A stretch of DNA of 60,816 nt, the filler included, from Sphacelaria rigidula (taxonomy: Eukaryota): NCBI GenBank assembly GCA_964200075.2. It is 6 parts of 6 records of this genome, joined end to end, with 100 filler letters (N's around TTAATTAATTAA, not from the genome) between each part and the next. Parts side by side here need not be neighbours in the genome. Positions count along the whole stretch, not along the records: positions 40,615 to 50,666 come from CAXNAA020007245.1; positions 50,767 to 60,816 come from CAXNAA020007246.1; 4 more parts are not named here. The stretch is one strand, 5' to 3'. The notes beneath the pieces were generated by a model. That model was not told where the DNA came from. It made no database searches and worked only from the letters and a program-made list of their open reading frames with translations. Positions 45,045 to 57,470 of the stretch are shown in pieces (positions within the stretch are counted from its first letter, which is position 1; each line of letters opens with the position of its first letter). A program made the position numbers and the translations under genes.

Positions 45045-45959
45045 AGTCGTGTTTTAATGTTTTCATATCGGCGTGTCTATTCGAGGGCCCTACACGAGAT
45101 ACATTGGCCATCGACTCGCTAGTCCGCCCCACGTGCCGATTCTTGTTGCGGGTGTTTTTTTTCTCCAGCAATATCGATATTGTAAAAATGTGCTGTTGTT
45201 TCTCCGCTGCTCTCCGCTGCTCTTCTACCACGTGCTTTCCTAAAATCAATTTGGCCGGGAGCTGTTGCGCAACTCAGTCGACTCCTCCTGGGTCCGCACT
45301 AAGCGCATACTTTCTCTATCTCATAAGTTAGGGTACCTATTGGCAATACGTTGTCCGGGTACAAACATGTTAGTGAGGATAGCATAGTTGGGCTCGTTAG
45401 GATGATGTAACGAAGACAAAGCTAGAGAAGAAAAAAAACGGGGTTGTATTCCTTCACCGAAAATGGGTTAATATCTGCCCTATTTTGGCCTACTTTGGGA
45501 ATACTTTTGATACTACTTCTTGAGTGTTTTTGAGAATTCTAGAAAAAAACTGAAAGCGTCCAACTTCACTACCCTACCTGCCCCCTACACCATTCTAACG
45601 ATGGACTCGCCCCCGAGCACACTCTCACCTGGCAAACGGGGCGCCGAGATATCGGTTGGTGGCCGCTACGCAATGGCAATAGAGGTTGCGATGGTCATGC
45701 AGTCCCGTTGGAAAGGCGTGATTGACGGCCATTTTTGGGCTGACTGATTCGTTTTCGACCGTTCGGCCGCATGGCTCAAGCACCGGCTGAAAAACAAACG
45801 TGTGTTTTACTCGAAAAACACCGAAGACTAAAAAAAAAATGAACAACAGAACGGACACGGTTGAGGGCCCGTATAAATTTTGGTACCCTAACTAATGAGA
45901 CAGAGGAAGTATTAGTACTCACTTCTACGGCCTCGTTGTGGACTGGAAGGGTACACAAA

Positions 45960-46540
45960 ACTCGTCCGGGCTGTTCTACCCGGGCACTGGAACACGAGTC
46001 TGTCGACCCACTCTGGGCCTCCGCTGAGGGCATATCAGTGCTCGGTTCTATCCCGACACCACTGTGGTTCGGGGGGCGACAGGAAACTGCTCGACCGTTC
46101 TCTTTTTTCTGCCCGGGTACCGGTACACGCGTCGGTTGGATCCCTCTGGGTATGCACCAGGCGCACGTTGGGACTCGGTTCTATCCCGACGATACTCTTC
46201 GTCGACGATACTCTTCGTCGGGGAGTGACGAGAAACTAATCTCGATGCTTCTTCTGCCGGGGCACCCTTACAGGTGTCGATCGGCCCACTCTGGGTCTGC
46301 ACTAGGCGTATATAGTAATAATACTCCGTTGTATGCCGACACCAGTGTGGTACGGGGGTTGACGAAAAACTGATTTCGATCCTTCCTTTTTCCTTATCCG
46401 GGCACCGACGATACATGTGTTGATCGGATTATCGTGAGTCTGCACGAGGCGCATATTGGTGCTTGATTTTATCTCGATACCCCTAAGGTTCGGGAAAAAT
46501 TGGTCTCGATGCTTTATCTGGGTACCAGTATCCGAGACAG
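45960..46540. repeat. Degenerate tandem repeat, about 130-bp unit, about 4.3 copies
   Basis: Recurrent CTCGA...CCGGG(C/T)ACC...CTCTGGG..TGCAC.AGGCG.AT...T(C/G)TAT(C/G)CCGAC...GGGG..GAC.A.AAACT. Confidence 0.7.
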
Positions 46541-47099
46541 TTCATCTACTCTTTAGTCGCACCAAGCGCGAATTAGAACTGGGTTCTACTACATCACCCT
46601 TGGATGGGGAGTTCTTAGCTACGAGCAGTTTCGAGTTTACGGCGGCGTTACGGGCCGTCAAATTGCGACCATTTTCGATCGGGATCTCGATACCTTTATG
46701 CTCCCGTGTGTTGTGAGGGGTTAGTCGAGCAATATGTTGCGGTAGACAAAATGACTTGCTGGTGTTGATTTCAGGGACGGTGCAATATTTGTACTGTCAA
46801 CGGTCACCTCGTGAATGCATACCAACGGTATCTGCATGTAAGTACGGGTCTGTTTTTAGAGCGGTTAACCTGCGATCACGACGTGGGAACAACGGATTGT
46901 TGCTACATGATCTCGATATCCAATGCCCAGCTGATTCGTTACCATTACATGTGGTCGACAAATGAAATGGGGGAAAAGCATCGCTGCTGTTACTGTCCTT
47001 GTTATCTGGCCTCGGTGCCTTCAGTCTGAGAGCTGCGAGAGTCGACATGCTATTATTGCAGTATACTACTGCAACTCTACATGCTACGCCATGATTACT

Positions 47100-48300
47100 T
47101 CCTTCCTTAGCATGAAAGAAGTGTAAGGTTAACGATCCAGGTTGAGGTGTCCCGACTATGCCCACGACCTGTTTGGGTCAGTGAACGCAGATATGACTGG
47201 AACAGGCTTTCCCCCGGTCGACCCCACCGCTGGGCGGCAGGGCCCATACCCTCGGCAGCTGCCCGCGCTGGTAGCACCAGCTCCTCCTCCCGCTCGCCCG
47301 CTCGCACCCCCATCGTTCCCGGCCTGCGCTCCCGATCCGCCCACATTGCTGGGTTTTAGTATGGGGGAACTGTTGTTGTTGACGGAGTTGTTTCCTGATG
47401 ACGACACGCCTCCCGCGGGAGCGGCTGCGGCCTCATGTACACTCGGATGGGTAGCATCGTGTCTGCGGAACATGCATCGGGCACCCCGTGGGCAGCGCAA
47501 TCCTGCCACAAACGGATACAAACACCTGGTGGTGACTACGAGCCGATCTCATCGGGCAGGTTGGAGTATGATTCAACGAGGCCGGGGGGTGTAGTCGACC
47601 TCTTCTTTGTCTGGGAGACCGGTACCTGGAGTAACGGAGCCTGCTCCTGCGTACTGCTTGGCTTCGGCTGTGACAGTGGAGCCTTCAGCTCCAGGCCGAT
47701 CCTCTGTGACCCCACCAGGTTGAGGGCATGTCCGTTGGCGATCAGCGCGTTCAATCGTGAGAATATTCAAGGGAGTGGGGTAATGCCGTGGTCAATGTTA
47801 TCGGGCGGGGAGAGCCGTTTTTCTCGGCGGGGGTCGAGGGCGGTGCGGGCGATATCGTCCATCAAGTCTACGAAGTCGAAGTTGGCGTCTCGAACAAAAA
47901 ACTGCGAGTTTTTCCGCTTGTTGTTGGAGTTGGGCGGGGTGGGTAGTTATTAAATGGGTAATCCCGTCTCCCAGATCGCGCAGTTCAAAGATTTTGGCTG
48001 TCTGTACGCTAAGCGCCAGTGCGGAAGAACCACGAACGGCGCCGCCGGTTATCGCAGCGACCAGTGCTTTGATAGCGTACGTGACATGTATCTCGAACTG
48101 CTGTGCAGTTGGGATTCAGCTCAACGGGAGCGGCGGGTCGAACGGCATTTCCGGGTTGAACGTCATGATCTCCAGATAGATGGCCTCCATATTCTCCTTG
48201 AACGGCGTAAATTCCAAAGTTTGTCCACCACGCACCAGATACCACTTGGACACCAAGTCGTTCGTTCACCAATTCACCACATGCTGTTTCGCCCCCTCAA
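47100..48300 (-). mobile_element. Decayed gag/ORF1-like region with a CCCH-like finger, probably the 5' part of the DIRS/Ngaro-like element
   Basis: Broken frames reading VSKWYLVRGGQTLEFTPFKENMEAIYLEI..., FFVRDANFDFVDLMDDIARTALDP..., then CLYPFVAGLRCPRGARCMFRRH and a Gly/Asn/Ser-rich stretch. Same strand as, and upstream of, the RT. Confidence 0.45.
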
Positions 48301-48540
48301 ACACGGCTCTATTCATTTCTGCCACGACGACATCCGCTGGCGCAGGTGGGGCCGCCGGCGCGGTCCACTGATGCCGCTCCTAGGCTGGCCCAGCTCGCAC
48401 TTCGGATGACAGGCGCCAGTTAAGGTGACTTTGAAGATTGGAACGGATTGATCACAGTCCCCAAGCATCCTACAGCAAGCGGTAGAATCAGTATAGTACC
48501 CCTTTGGGATACACCTTCAGCGGTTGAGATGTTTTAAGCC

Positions 48541-48773
48541 TGTGACGCCAATCAGTGAGCGGGACTTCCCAGTCTTACTGGCCTCAGTTTCACTTGTCAG
48601 CCTCTACAACATCTCATATTCAGGAGTGACCTTCCAGGGAACCAGCTTTCTTGACCTGCAGATACCATCTCCGTGTCGCCGGTCATTATCCAGAACCCTC
48701 CAGAATCTCCGTGCCCCCAGTCATTCTCCATATCATCACTACTAACTCAATGTAACGGGGTATTTTCGTCACA
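48541..48773 (-). repeat. 3' LTR (233 bp) of the Ty3/Gypsy element
   Basis: Inverted termini TGTGACG...CGTCACA. On the minus strand it is preceded by a short G-rich, PPT-like TTTGGGGGTGC and lies 166 bp after the integrase ORF. Confidence 0.75.
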
Positions 48774-48939
48774 GCACCCCCAAAGCGCGTTGGGTGAAAA
48801 TCGATCAACAAGCTTGAAACATAGAAAACGCCAAAACGATGAGTAAGTCACAATTGAATACCAAACTCACTCGTAATGTGAGCAGCAACGGCACGAGTCA
48901 CGCGTAACGCAACTCCTTCGTAAGAATTGTCGAAGCGGC

Positions 48940-50565
48940 CTAAAAAATATCCTTGAAAAGCTCCCACGTACGCTCCTTGGCTTCGAAACCAACCCAGTCG
49001 ACCAACACTATCAACAAATGAGCATCTGCTTCTGCCACTCGGACGATACCAGCCATCTGAAATTGCCCCTGATTAAAAACATGCTGGAACACGTCCTTAA
49101 CGTCAGGCGTAACATTAAGCTGCGACTCTGCATTAAGACGCAAACGAGCTACATGGGCGGTCTTAACACGACCCGAAACAATGGTCTGAATCTCAAACAC
49201 GTGCGGGTGGTGAGCACCAACCACTCTCCATGGACCAGTCCACGTCGCCATCAACTCAGGCGTAACACACGGACGACGCACGCGTGCATAGAAGACATAG
49301 GCGCCTACCCCAAAATTTGGCAATTTCAGCCCCGACGAGGACCCCTCACGTCTACGCGCACGTCCAGCGGCAAAACGTTCCTGCACTTGGACGTGGACAC
49401 GTTCTTGCAATTCCAAGACTCCTTGCAATGCACTCTTGATTTGAACATCATCCAAAAGATCACACTTCCATCCCCCCGTCAACGAAGACGCCAGCACCGA
49501 GAAAGACGTCCGAGGAGCACGACCAAACATCACGTGGTACGGCGTACTATCGTACCGACGACGATGCGCTGTATTTAGTGCCCCTTGCACCGCAGGCACC
49601 ACGTCCACCCACTCGGAAACCGCTCTACGCTGCTCGAGAAGAATAGATCGAAGAGCACGAACTACTTCCTTGACCATGCGTTCGCACGTGCCGTTAGACC
49701 ACAGATAATACGCTACCGCAAACTGGTGATCAACGCGCAAAGCCTCTCGCAATCGGGCCAAGATCGCATTCTTGAAATGCGTGGCGGTATCACTCACCCA
49801 CACACGCGGCACCGCCATATTATTGCACCGATTCAGCAAAGATGCAGCACTCGATTCAGCAGTACACACTGCTACTGGTTCCAGAGCCACAAAGTTGCTC
49901 AAATCATCCATGGTTACCAAAATGTATTGAAACCCAGCATCCTCCGACAAACCTTGTGAAGCTAGCGGGCCACTCTCACCCACGTACAAGTCGAAATGAA
50001 AGGCTTCATTCGGCGTGGTCCCATGGACCGTTTCGCCGAGCGGGCAGGGCGCAACATCGCTCGCACTCGAGTCAGCACAGTGAAAACACGGGCGGAAAAT
50101 TTCGCGCACATGAGTTTCTATCCCCTGCCAGACACAAAACTCTTGCAAGCGCACGAGCGTCGCAGCCACACCACGATGCTCGGCGTCGCGCATGTGCGCG
50201 CAAATCATCAGACGTACCTCCAACTGCTTGTCAGAACTCGGAATCCACGAAACGTTTCGGCCACGCACATGCGCACGAAACAGACCTTCATTGTCCAAGA
50301 TAGTAGTACCAACGTCCGACTCGAAAGATTGCACATCCGCATCTTCGGCCCCAAGGTCTTTCGGTTGCGCTTGGCGGGCAACAGATTTGGACGGCATCGA
50401 ATCCTCAGGTTCACACGGACCATACACAGCCACAGCGCGCACAGGCATTTGCATTTCAACTGTAGGCACCTGCATGACCAAACTACCCCAATGGCACTCA
50501 GATGCATCCGGCAACATAAACACCTGAGACTGCTGCCGAGATAGCCCCCCCCCAATACCGGCCAA
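48940..50565 (-). mobile_element. Ty3/Gypsy (chromovirus-type) pol fragment: integrase plus chromodomain, degenerate
   Basis: HHCC finger AHMRDAEHRG...CFHC; DDE core HFDLYV, VWVSDTATHFKN, SNGTCERMV; GPY/F motif WTGPWRV; chromodomain LVDWVGFEAKERTWE. The ORF ends at an apparently premature stop, and the 5' end is cut by the contig boundary. Confidence 0.92.
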
Positions 50566-50666
50566 AAATGTGCACGAAGGCGATGATCATAACTGCCGTT
50601 AAAGCTGGTTTCATGCTGCACGACGCGACTGATTTGGGCGATATAGCTGATTTCGGACTGCTACAC

Positions 50667-50766
50667 NNNNNNNNNNNNNNNNNNNNNNNNNNNNNNNNNN
50701 NNNNNNNNNNTTAATTAATTAANNNNNNNNNNNNNNNNNNNNNNNNNNNNNNNNNNNNNNNNNNNN
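50667..50766. other. Artificial contig linker
   Basis: 100-bp N/TTAATTAATTAA/N. Confidence 0.98.
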
Positions 50767-52386
50767 CTTTGTAGGGATGCGAGGTCAATGGTCTGATGAC
50801 TATGGCAGGCATGATCATGAGTACACCCCCCCCGAACCAAGAACACGACAACTTTCTCAGCGTGGTGCAGTCGGCAGCCAACCCAGCATAACCGCACTAT
50901 ACAGGTGGCCCTGGATACAGTCGATAGGTACAAGCCTTTCAAAATATCTCGGGACACGCTATAATAGTGAGTTGGTAACCAGACAGCCGGCAGAAGGAGT
51001 CTTCCCAATGAAGCGGCCTCGCCTACGAGTATCACTCTGGAATTAACCACAGGAACAATCATTCGACGGAACAAACGATAAAAATAAAAAATAGCTCATC
51101 GTTTTGCTGCTTTGAATTTGATTCACGTGATCCCTCGTCCTCGGGTTGGCGCGCGCGCGCGTGACTCTCGACATTAAAAAAAAACTGGAAACACACATGG
51201 TTGACCTGAGGAAGCTCTTCAGTCAACCTGGTACTGGGAGCCTAACCCCCCTCCCTTCGTGCACGTCCTTCCTTGACCATCATGATGCTACCTGTAGAGC
51301 ACTGGATTACCAACAGAAATACTCGAGGTAGTGTTCTCCTATAGGGTGCTTTTTTTTTTAATACCCGCGGTATCTACCCGGGTATTACCCTTACCCGACG
51401 GGTCTGTGAGCTCTACTAGTCTCTCAAAAAATGGTCGAACTTTCATTTTCACATTTTCGATTGAGATCAATCTTCTTCAGGTTTTTCGGTTACTACGACT
51501 CATCACGAGTATCTGTTTGATTTCAAACTTAAGGAATCGAGAGGCATGAGTACCCAACCCAAATTTTGTGAAAAAAAAAAGAAAAAAATTACGACCAATT
51601 GTTGGACGAGACAAGGGCTCACCGGTCTTCGGGGTCCGACGAGTGTACGGCCCCCGGTTCTCCCTCTTTGATATTTCGCTCTACCGAACGGATCCGCATC
51701 ATTACTGTCAACGATTCCATGCCTTCCGTTCCCAATTTTCTCGATATGAATTGCGCTACAGCCGAATAACCGTGGTTTTGGGTCAATATACGGTCAAGTA
51801 ACACCACCTCGACAAACGGGGTTCTACTTTGTATCGTCCCGACAACACAAAATTGGGGAATATATCCCGAACACGATCCGTTTTTTCGTCTTTAACGCCA
51901 CCCGACTCTCAAATTTTCGGGTGAAGGGGTCACATCATCTGAAAAAATCCTGAAAAAAGTCTGTACCATATTCAAACTTCGACTACTGTACCGGGACCCG
52001 ACAGTGCTGTAAGATCTGTACGAAATGTATAGCCTCGCCCAGGTACGGGTATATCCTCGGAGGAATACCCAGTCGCGGGTAAGGGTTTCTGTACAACCTC
52101 CATACCGTACCCTACAGGCTCTGAAAGTGTTGTGAAAACTCCCATGAACGGTACCCGACAAATCTGTGAGCTCTGTAGTAACAGATATAAAAATCCTACC
52201 GAACATACCCGTATCCTACAGAAAAACCTTGGAAATATTTTTCGCAGGTCACGAGAAAGTGTACAAGTTAAAAAAAATTTGAAGGGAAAGAAAAACGACC
52301 TTTGCCACTACCCAACCCCACGTGTTATTTTTTGCTCTAAAATTCTAGTGGGAAGCCCTCGACGAGAGCTTTCACTCGATACGAAA

Positions 52387-52420
<34 letters not shown>

Positions 52421-52880
52421 CCACCACCTTCTGAGCCCTGCTACGGTAGGGTTCGCACATTTGGGCGGAGATCTATCTCACTCAGGGACTTCGAAAGTTA
52501 GGAGCCACAGTACACAAACAGTATGGTCACGACATTCCCTTCTTCAATTTCATTCGGGATATCCCTAGCCCATTGGAACGCCAGTCGTGTCGTGCTCCCA
52601 CATATTTCGTAATGAATCATTCTTGGATGAGATGAGGGGGCTTCTAACAATTCGAGCCTCAGAAGAAAAAAAAAAATCGCCCTTGCCCTAGCACCACTCT
52701 ACTGACTGTACCGCAACAACGAAAAAGAAAGAGACGCGTTTTGGAGGCGTTGCGCTCTGAAAACGAAAACAAAACAAAAGAGATACGAAAAGTACGCCCA
52801 CCACCCAACCAACCGAGGTTCGAAGCTGATAAAAGAGTAGGGTGGCGAGTGCACTGCGCCAAGTTGACAGGGGATTTTAG

Positions 52881-53179
52881 CAGGGGCACGTAACGTTACA
52901 CGTCATAAAGTTCATTACACGCCACAAGTTAAACCAGACTAGTATTACGGTGGGGCCATACTGAAAATCAAAATCAAGTTACCCTTTACCCTTTTGTTCG
53001 ACATGAGGTTTCTGTTCTCATCAAGCTAGCCTTAGCCCCCTTCCCATCGTTGGTACTAGCCTGGCCCAACGCTTTATTTGACTTGACTTTAAAAAAGGAT
53101 TCGTGTGTAACGAATTTTGTGACGTGTAACGAATTTTGTGACGTGTAACGAACTGTGACGTGTGACGCTAAGTGCCCTG
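52881..53179. mobile_element. hAT-type MITE with a perfect 8-bp TSD, downstream of V-ATPase exon 2
   Basis: GATTTTAG|CAGGGGCAC...GTGCCCTG|GATTTTAG with subterminal GTGTAACGAATTTTGTGAC repeats. Confidence 0.88.
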
Positions 53180-53396
53180 GATTTTAGCGGGTTCGACTAC
53201 CACACTGCCCCTGAGCAAAGGCTTTCCGAACGCTCGAGGCGCCTACCCTACTGCGACCGCCACACGGTGGGCGGCCCAGCCGAGCCTCTGGTTGATTGGC
53301 ATAGGAACCGGTTCGCGGGCTGTTCGCGGGGGAAGTATTGGGTGACGTTTCTTCCTTCCTTCAAGAAAAAAAAGAGAGCCCACAACAACCGCTTAC

Positions 53397-53651
53397 CTCG
53401 GCCGCGAAGAGCCCCTGCGTCTTGAGCAGCACCTCCTGCAGCTCTACCTTTTCGTTGTACTCGCTCGTCAGCCGCAAGCTGTAGCGGTTGAGGTCGACGA
53501 GGTGAGACTCGAGAGCCTCCAGGTCCCCCTCCAGCTTCACGAGCAAAGCTTGTCCGGTGTGCGATGCGTCTGCCGATCTCGGCACCATCGACGACTGTAC
53601 GAATGACTCCACCGTGCCCGCGCTTGCAACTCTGAGATCAAATTTTGCGAT
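53397..53651 (-). CDS. VHA-a: V-type H+-ATPase V0 subunit a, exon 2
   Basis: CAG|IAKFDLRVASAGTVESF...LEGDLEALESHLVDLNRYSLRLTSEYNEKVELQEVLLKTQGLFAAE|GTAAGC, 255 nt, phase 0. Confidence 0.9.
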
Positions 53652-55820
53652 CTGTTGGGGGGAGAGAAGGAAGGGGGCGAAAACGTGGGGCGATGCAAGT
53701 GTATATATAAATGTATATATATATATATATGATCGTGTATACTTCCTGTGTCTCATGAGTTAGCTTTGTTATGTTTGCATGGACCCTCCACCTTGTCCGA
53801 TGTAAAGGTCGATGATTTTTCAAAATTGTTGTTCGGCGTTCATTGAGTCGATAACCTTTTTCATTAATTTGTGTTCGCGCGCTCCCCGAAGGTCCGAAAA
53901 AAACCGCCGGTTCAAACATGGCTACATTTCGATGTTTTGACTCCTCTCCCCCCTCCCGCTTAAAAAAAAAGCTAGAACTTCGGACAACAAAACAATTGCC
54001 AAAAACAATAGAAGTCTATATTTTCGAGCTCCCTTGTCGGACACTGCAGAGCCGTACGTGCGTGCAACCTGTGTATCCGACGTTTTGCGGCCGAGAATCG
54101 GCCAATATATATATTTAAAAAAGCGGCTTAAAATGCAAGCGGAGTCCTTCCGACGCAAGAAGGAAGCTCAAAAATGTGGGAAATATTTCGTTCTTCACAA
54201 TTTTGTTCGAATTTCCACGTTTTCTTGTTTATGAGGGGGGGGGGAGGGGAGGGGGGAGGGGCGTACTCAGTTGTTGCTTGCCTCAAGACATTTGATCGGC
54301 GACCACGCATCCCTTTCGAGACAGAGGCAGCGATCACACCAGAGTACAGCCATTTGGGGGTCGACGCCTTTTTTTCCGGGCCTTCGGCGACACAGGGTAG
54401 CGTGTGAACACAAATGGAAAAGGCATTCGACTCCAAAAAATGCCGAAACACCCGTAACTCGTACCCATGATAAACCTTGCTGCTGCTCCTCCACTCCTCC
54501 CGTCCTTCACCATTCATCAGGCTAAAAAATAAACAACACGAACTTTGTGCGTGCTACACCGCCAGAGATGCTGCTGTCCCATAGTGTACAATCGAGACCA
54601 TGCTTCGATCACCAAAGGCGTTATTGCGGGAACCGTTCACTCCCGATCAGATGTTGATACACCCTGGGGGGGCTGTTTTCTCATTCCCGCTGTATATCGG
54701 GCGCTGTACCAGAGTAAAGGAGATCGTTATAACGCTGGGAAACGGTCGAGAAAGTGGAAATGCGAGGAAGGGGGTTATCGACTTTTCACCAGAGCCATAC
54801 ATATATATATATAACATACACGTATGTCTTTCTATTGCTCAGAACTGTCGTGTCTTTTCTCTGGGTCAGGAAGGGCGTGTCATGGCATGTGACTTCACAG
54901 CCTCCGAAAGAGAAAACAAAAAAACGTTGGTATATATAATTGCAACCAGAACTGGACGAAGTTTGAGAATGGACGAAAACATTTCCGAGGTAATATAACA
55001 AAATCCACCCAGCCACGTTTTCGGGAAGACCAAAAAAACGGCGCCGATTTGCCAATAGGCCTTTTTTCGGAGAGTTCTTATCCTTCTAAAAAAAACACGC
55101 GTAACAAGTGGCGGGAGTTTCTTGCTTTTTTTTCGTTCTCTTCAAGCCAGTGTTGAAGATGAAGAAACTCTTTGAAAATGCAACAATGAGGCCGGCTTCT
55201 CACGTTGCCATGTACAGAAACAAGTGTTCAATCAATTTATTTGCCGCACATCAACTAATCTTCCACAGGGATCCAGCTGCGGTCACATGGTGGACGTATC
55301 CACGATAAAACAAAACGGAAGCCTCCGCTGAAAAAAAACGTGAAACTAGGAAATAAAAACGGACATTGTAGACTGAAAAAAATGACAAAAAAAAAAGGAA
55401 CTACAAGAAATGGCCGGCCTTTGCAACATGGCTTCAGGTGGAAACAGGTCTTGGCCAAAAAGCACACGCACTCATACTCAGTCGAAAGATATAGACCCGC
55501 AGGAACAGATTGCGGCTCATAAATTTCGGCCACACCATTTGGGGTACTGTGCTGTTGTATGAGCTCTCACCCATGACACCTACAGAAGCGAGACACCAAA
55601 CCGTGACTTGAATACATCGGGAGGAATGTGTGTGTGTGGGTATATCTTTCTGCTTGGAAGCGCCTACACTACCGAAAATACAACGAACGGATTCATTAAA
55701 CACACATATACGCAGACACACAGACACACAGACACAGATGTGGACATAGACACAAACACAGACACAGACACACACAGAAGGCCATGAACAATAAACGCAA
55801 AAATCCATGTCGTGACCCAC

Positions 55821-56033
55821 CTCCTCCCCGAAGAATGACAGCTTCCGCTCAAGCTCGTCGATGCGCTTCATGTACGCCACATACCGTCGCTGGAACGCAG
55901 TCAGCTCCGGGTTAAGATCAGTGAACTGAATCGTGCCGAGCCTCCCGAGATCGGCGATGCACGAGTGCGCAGCGTCCTCGTTGACGATGATCGACACGTA
56001 AGCCATGTCCTCGGACCTGAACCATCGCGCCAT
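55821..56033 (-). CDS. VHA-a: V-type H+-ATPase V0 subunit a, exon 1 (gene partial, 3' exons not found on this contig)
   Basis: MARWFRSEDMAYVSIIVNEDAAHSCIADLGRLGTIQFTDLNPELTAFQRRYVAYMKRIDELERKLSFFGEE|GTGGGT, with the hallmark FRSE-M, QF-DLN, FQR and ELERKL motifs. Confidence 0.95.
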
Positions 56034-56710
56034 GATAACTCAACGACCCACTCTACCGTAGGGATGGGCTACCCTCTTTCTTCAGAGTACAGAGGACAGT
56101 ATACAGAAGAGCGACCCTGCTCGCGCTGTTGAGCCTTGTTCCTTCTCCGAATTTCACAAATGAAGACACAAACAAGCGGAAACCGGAGGACAGCAAGATG
56201 GGGAAAAAAAAAGAGACGCGCCCACCCCCCCCCGGACGAAGGATAAGGGACAAAATGTTGTCAATTTGTTGTACTCTGTCCAGTACAATAGTACGGTGCA
56301 GTAGTATTTTGGACTTTTGTCGCGTTGGACGATCTGGAGTATCAACCATGTGTGGGAGCATGAACAACTCGCATTTCCAATTTTGAGAATTAGAAAAAAA
56401 AAAAGAGAGAACTATAAAACATCTGCATTACTACGACTTAGAGTAGTAGCACGGCAAACGAAAAGCTAGTTTCCACCCCCTTAAACCTGAATAATATTTT
56501 TGCTTGTATCTTATCTAGTGTTGATATACACGAGGTTATCGGTGCGTGTTCCGCGCGGGCGTCGCTCTGCGGCACGGTACCTTTTTCCTAGCGGTGAAAT
56601 GCTACAACCATCAAAAGTATGGTACGGTGACACATGCAGACAAAAATGACACCACTGCGGCCGTATCTTGTCTAGATCAAAAGAAAAAAGTGGGAACAGG
56701 GAATAAAATT

Positions 56711-57470
56711 TCTAGCGGGTAAGTTCAGTGGCGAAATTTCCGTATGCTCGTGTGTGATGACGGCTTCTTGCTTTTGGCGGTCGAATCATCTTGAGGAACC
56801 TGGCGAAAGCACTGCCCTGTGCCGCAGAACGACGCCCGCGGTTTGCGGGAAATCTCGAGATTTCAGCGGCGGGATTTTCGTGTGCACATATGTAACCGTG
56901 CCGAGCTTGGCACTTAGAACAAATCGATGCTGGCAGAGGGTGCGGTACTGCGCCGCAGAACGATGCCCGCACTATGCAGGAACTGCGGCAACGATCTCGA
57001 GTACTCAGGCCGTGTCATACCCAGACAAAAAAAGAAGTGGGAAAAGCAACAAGCGTCCAAAAGCAACATGTTGATTCCTCTCCGAGCGTGATATACGGTT
57101 CAGGCCACTACTCGACATGCTGCTTTGGACTCTTGTTCTTTTTCTCCCTTCTTTTTCCGGTCTCAATAAGACACGGTCAGAGTACTCGAGATTGTTGCTG
57201 CAGTTCCCGCACAGTGTGGGCGTCGTTCCGAGGCACAGCGCAGCACCCTACACCAGTATTGACGTGTTCCGACTGCCAAGTTCGGAACGGTTACACATGC
57301 ACACAAAAATCCCGCGGCTGAAATCTCGAGACTTTAAGCAAAGCGCGGGCGTCATGCTGCGGGGCAGTACACTACTTTCGCCAGCTTCCTCATATTGGTT
57401 CGACCGCCAAAAGCACGAAGTCGTTACACATGAGCATACGAACATTCCACCACTGAACTATCCCGCTCGA
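56711..57470. mobile_element. Foldback element of about 760 bp
   Basis: TCTAGCGGGTAAGTTCAGTGGCGAAATTTCCGTATGCTC ... GAGCATACGAACATTCCACCACTGAACTATCCCGCTCGA. ORFs 56754+ and 57248- translate to near-identical peptides. Confidence 0.85.

Noticed and set aside
49018-50544. Several long plus-strand ORFs
   Set aside because: Antisense shadows of the Gypsy integrase ORF.
55434-55820. Cys/Val-rich C-terminal part of the 199-aa ORF
   Set aside because: Read-through into intron 1 of the V-ATPase gene across a (GT)n-like repeat after the GTGGGT donor.
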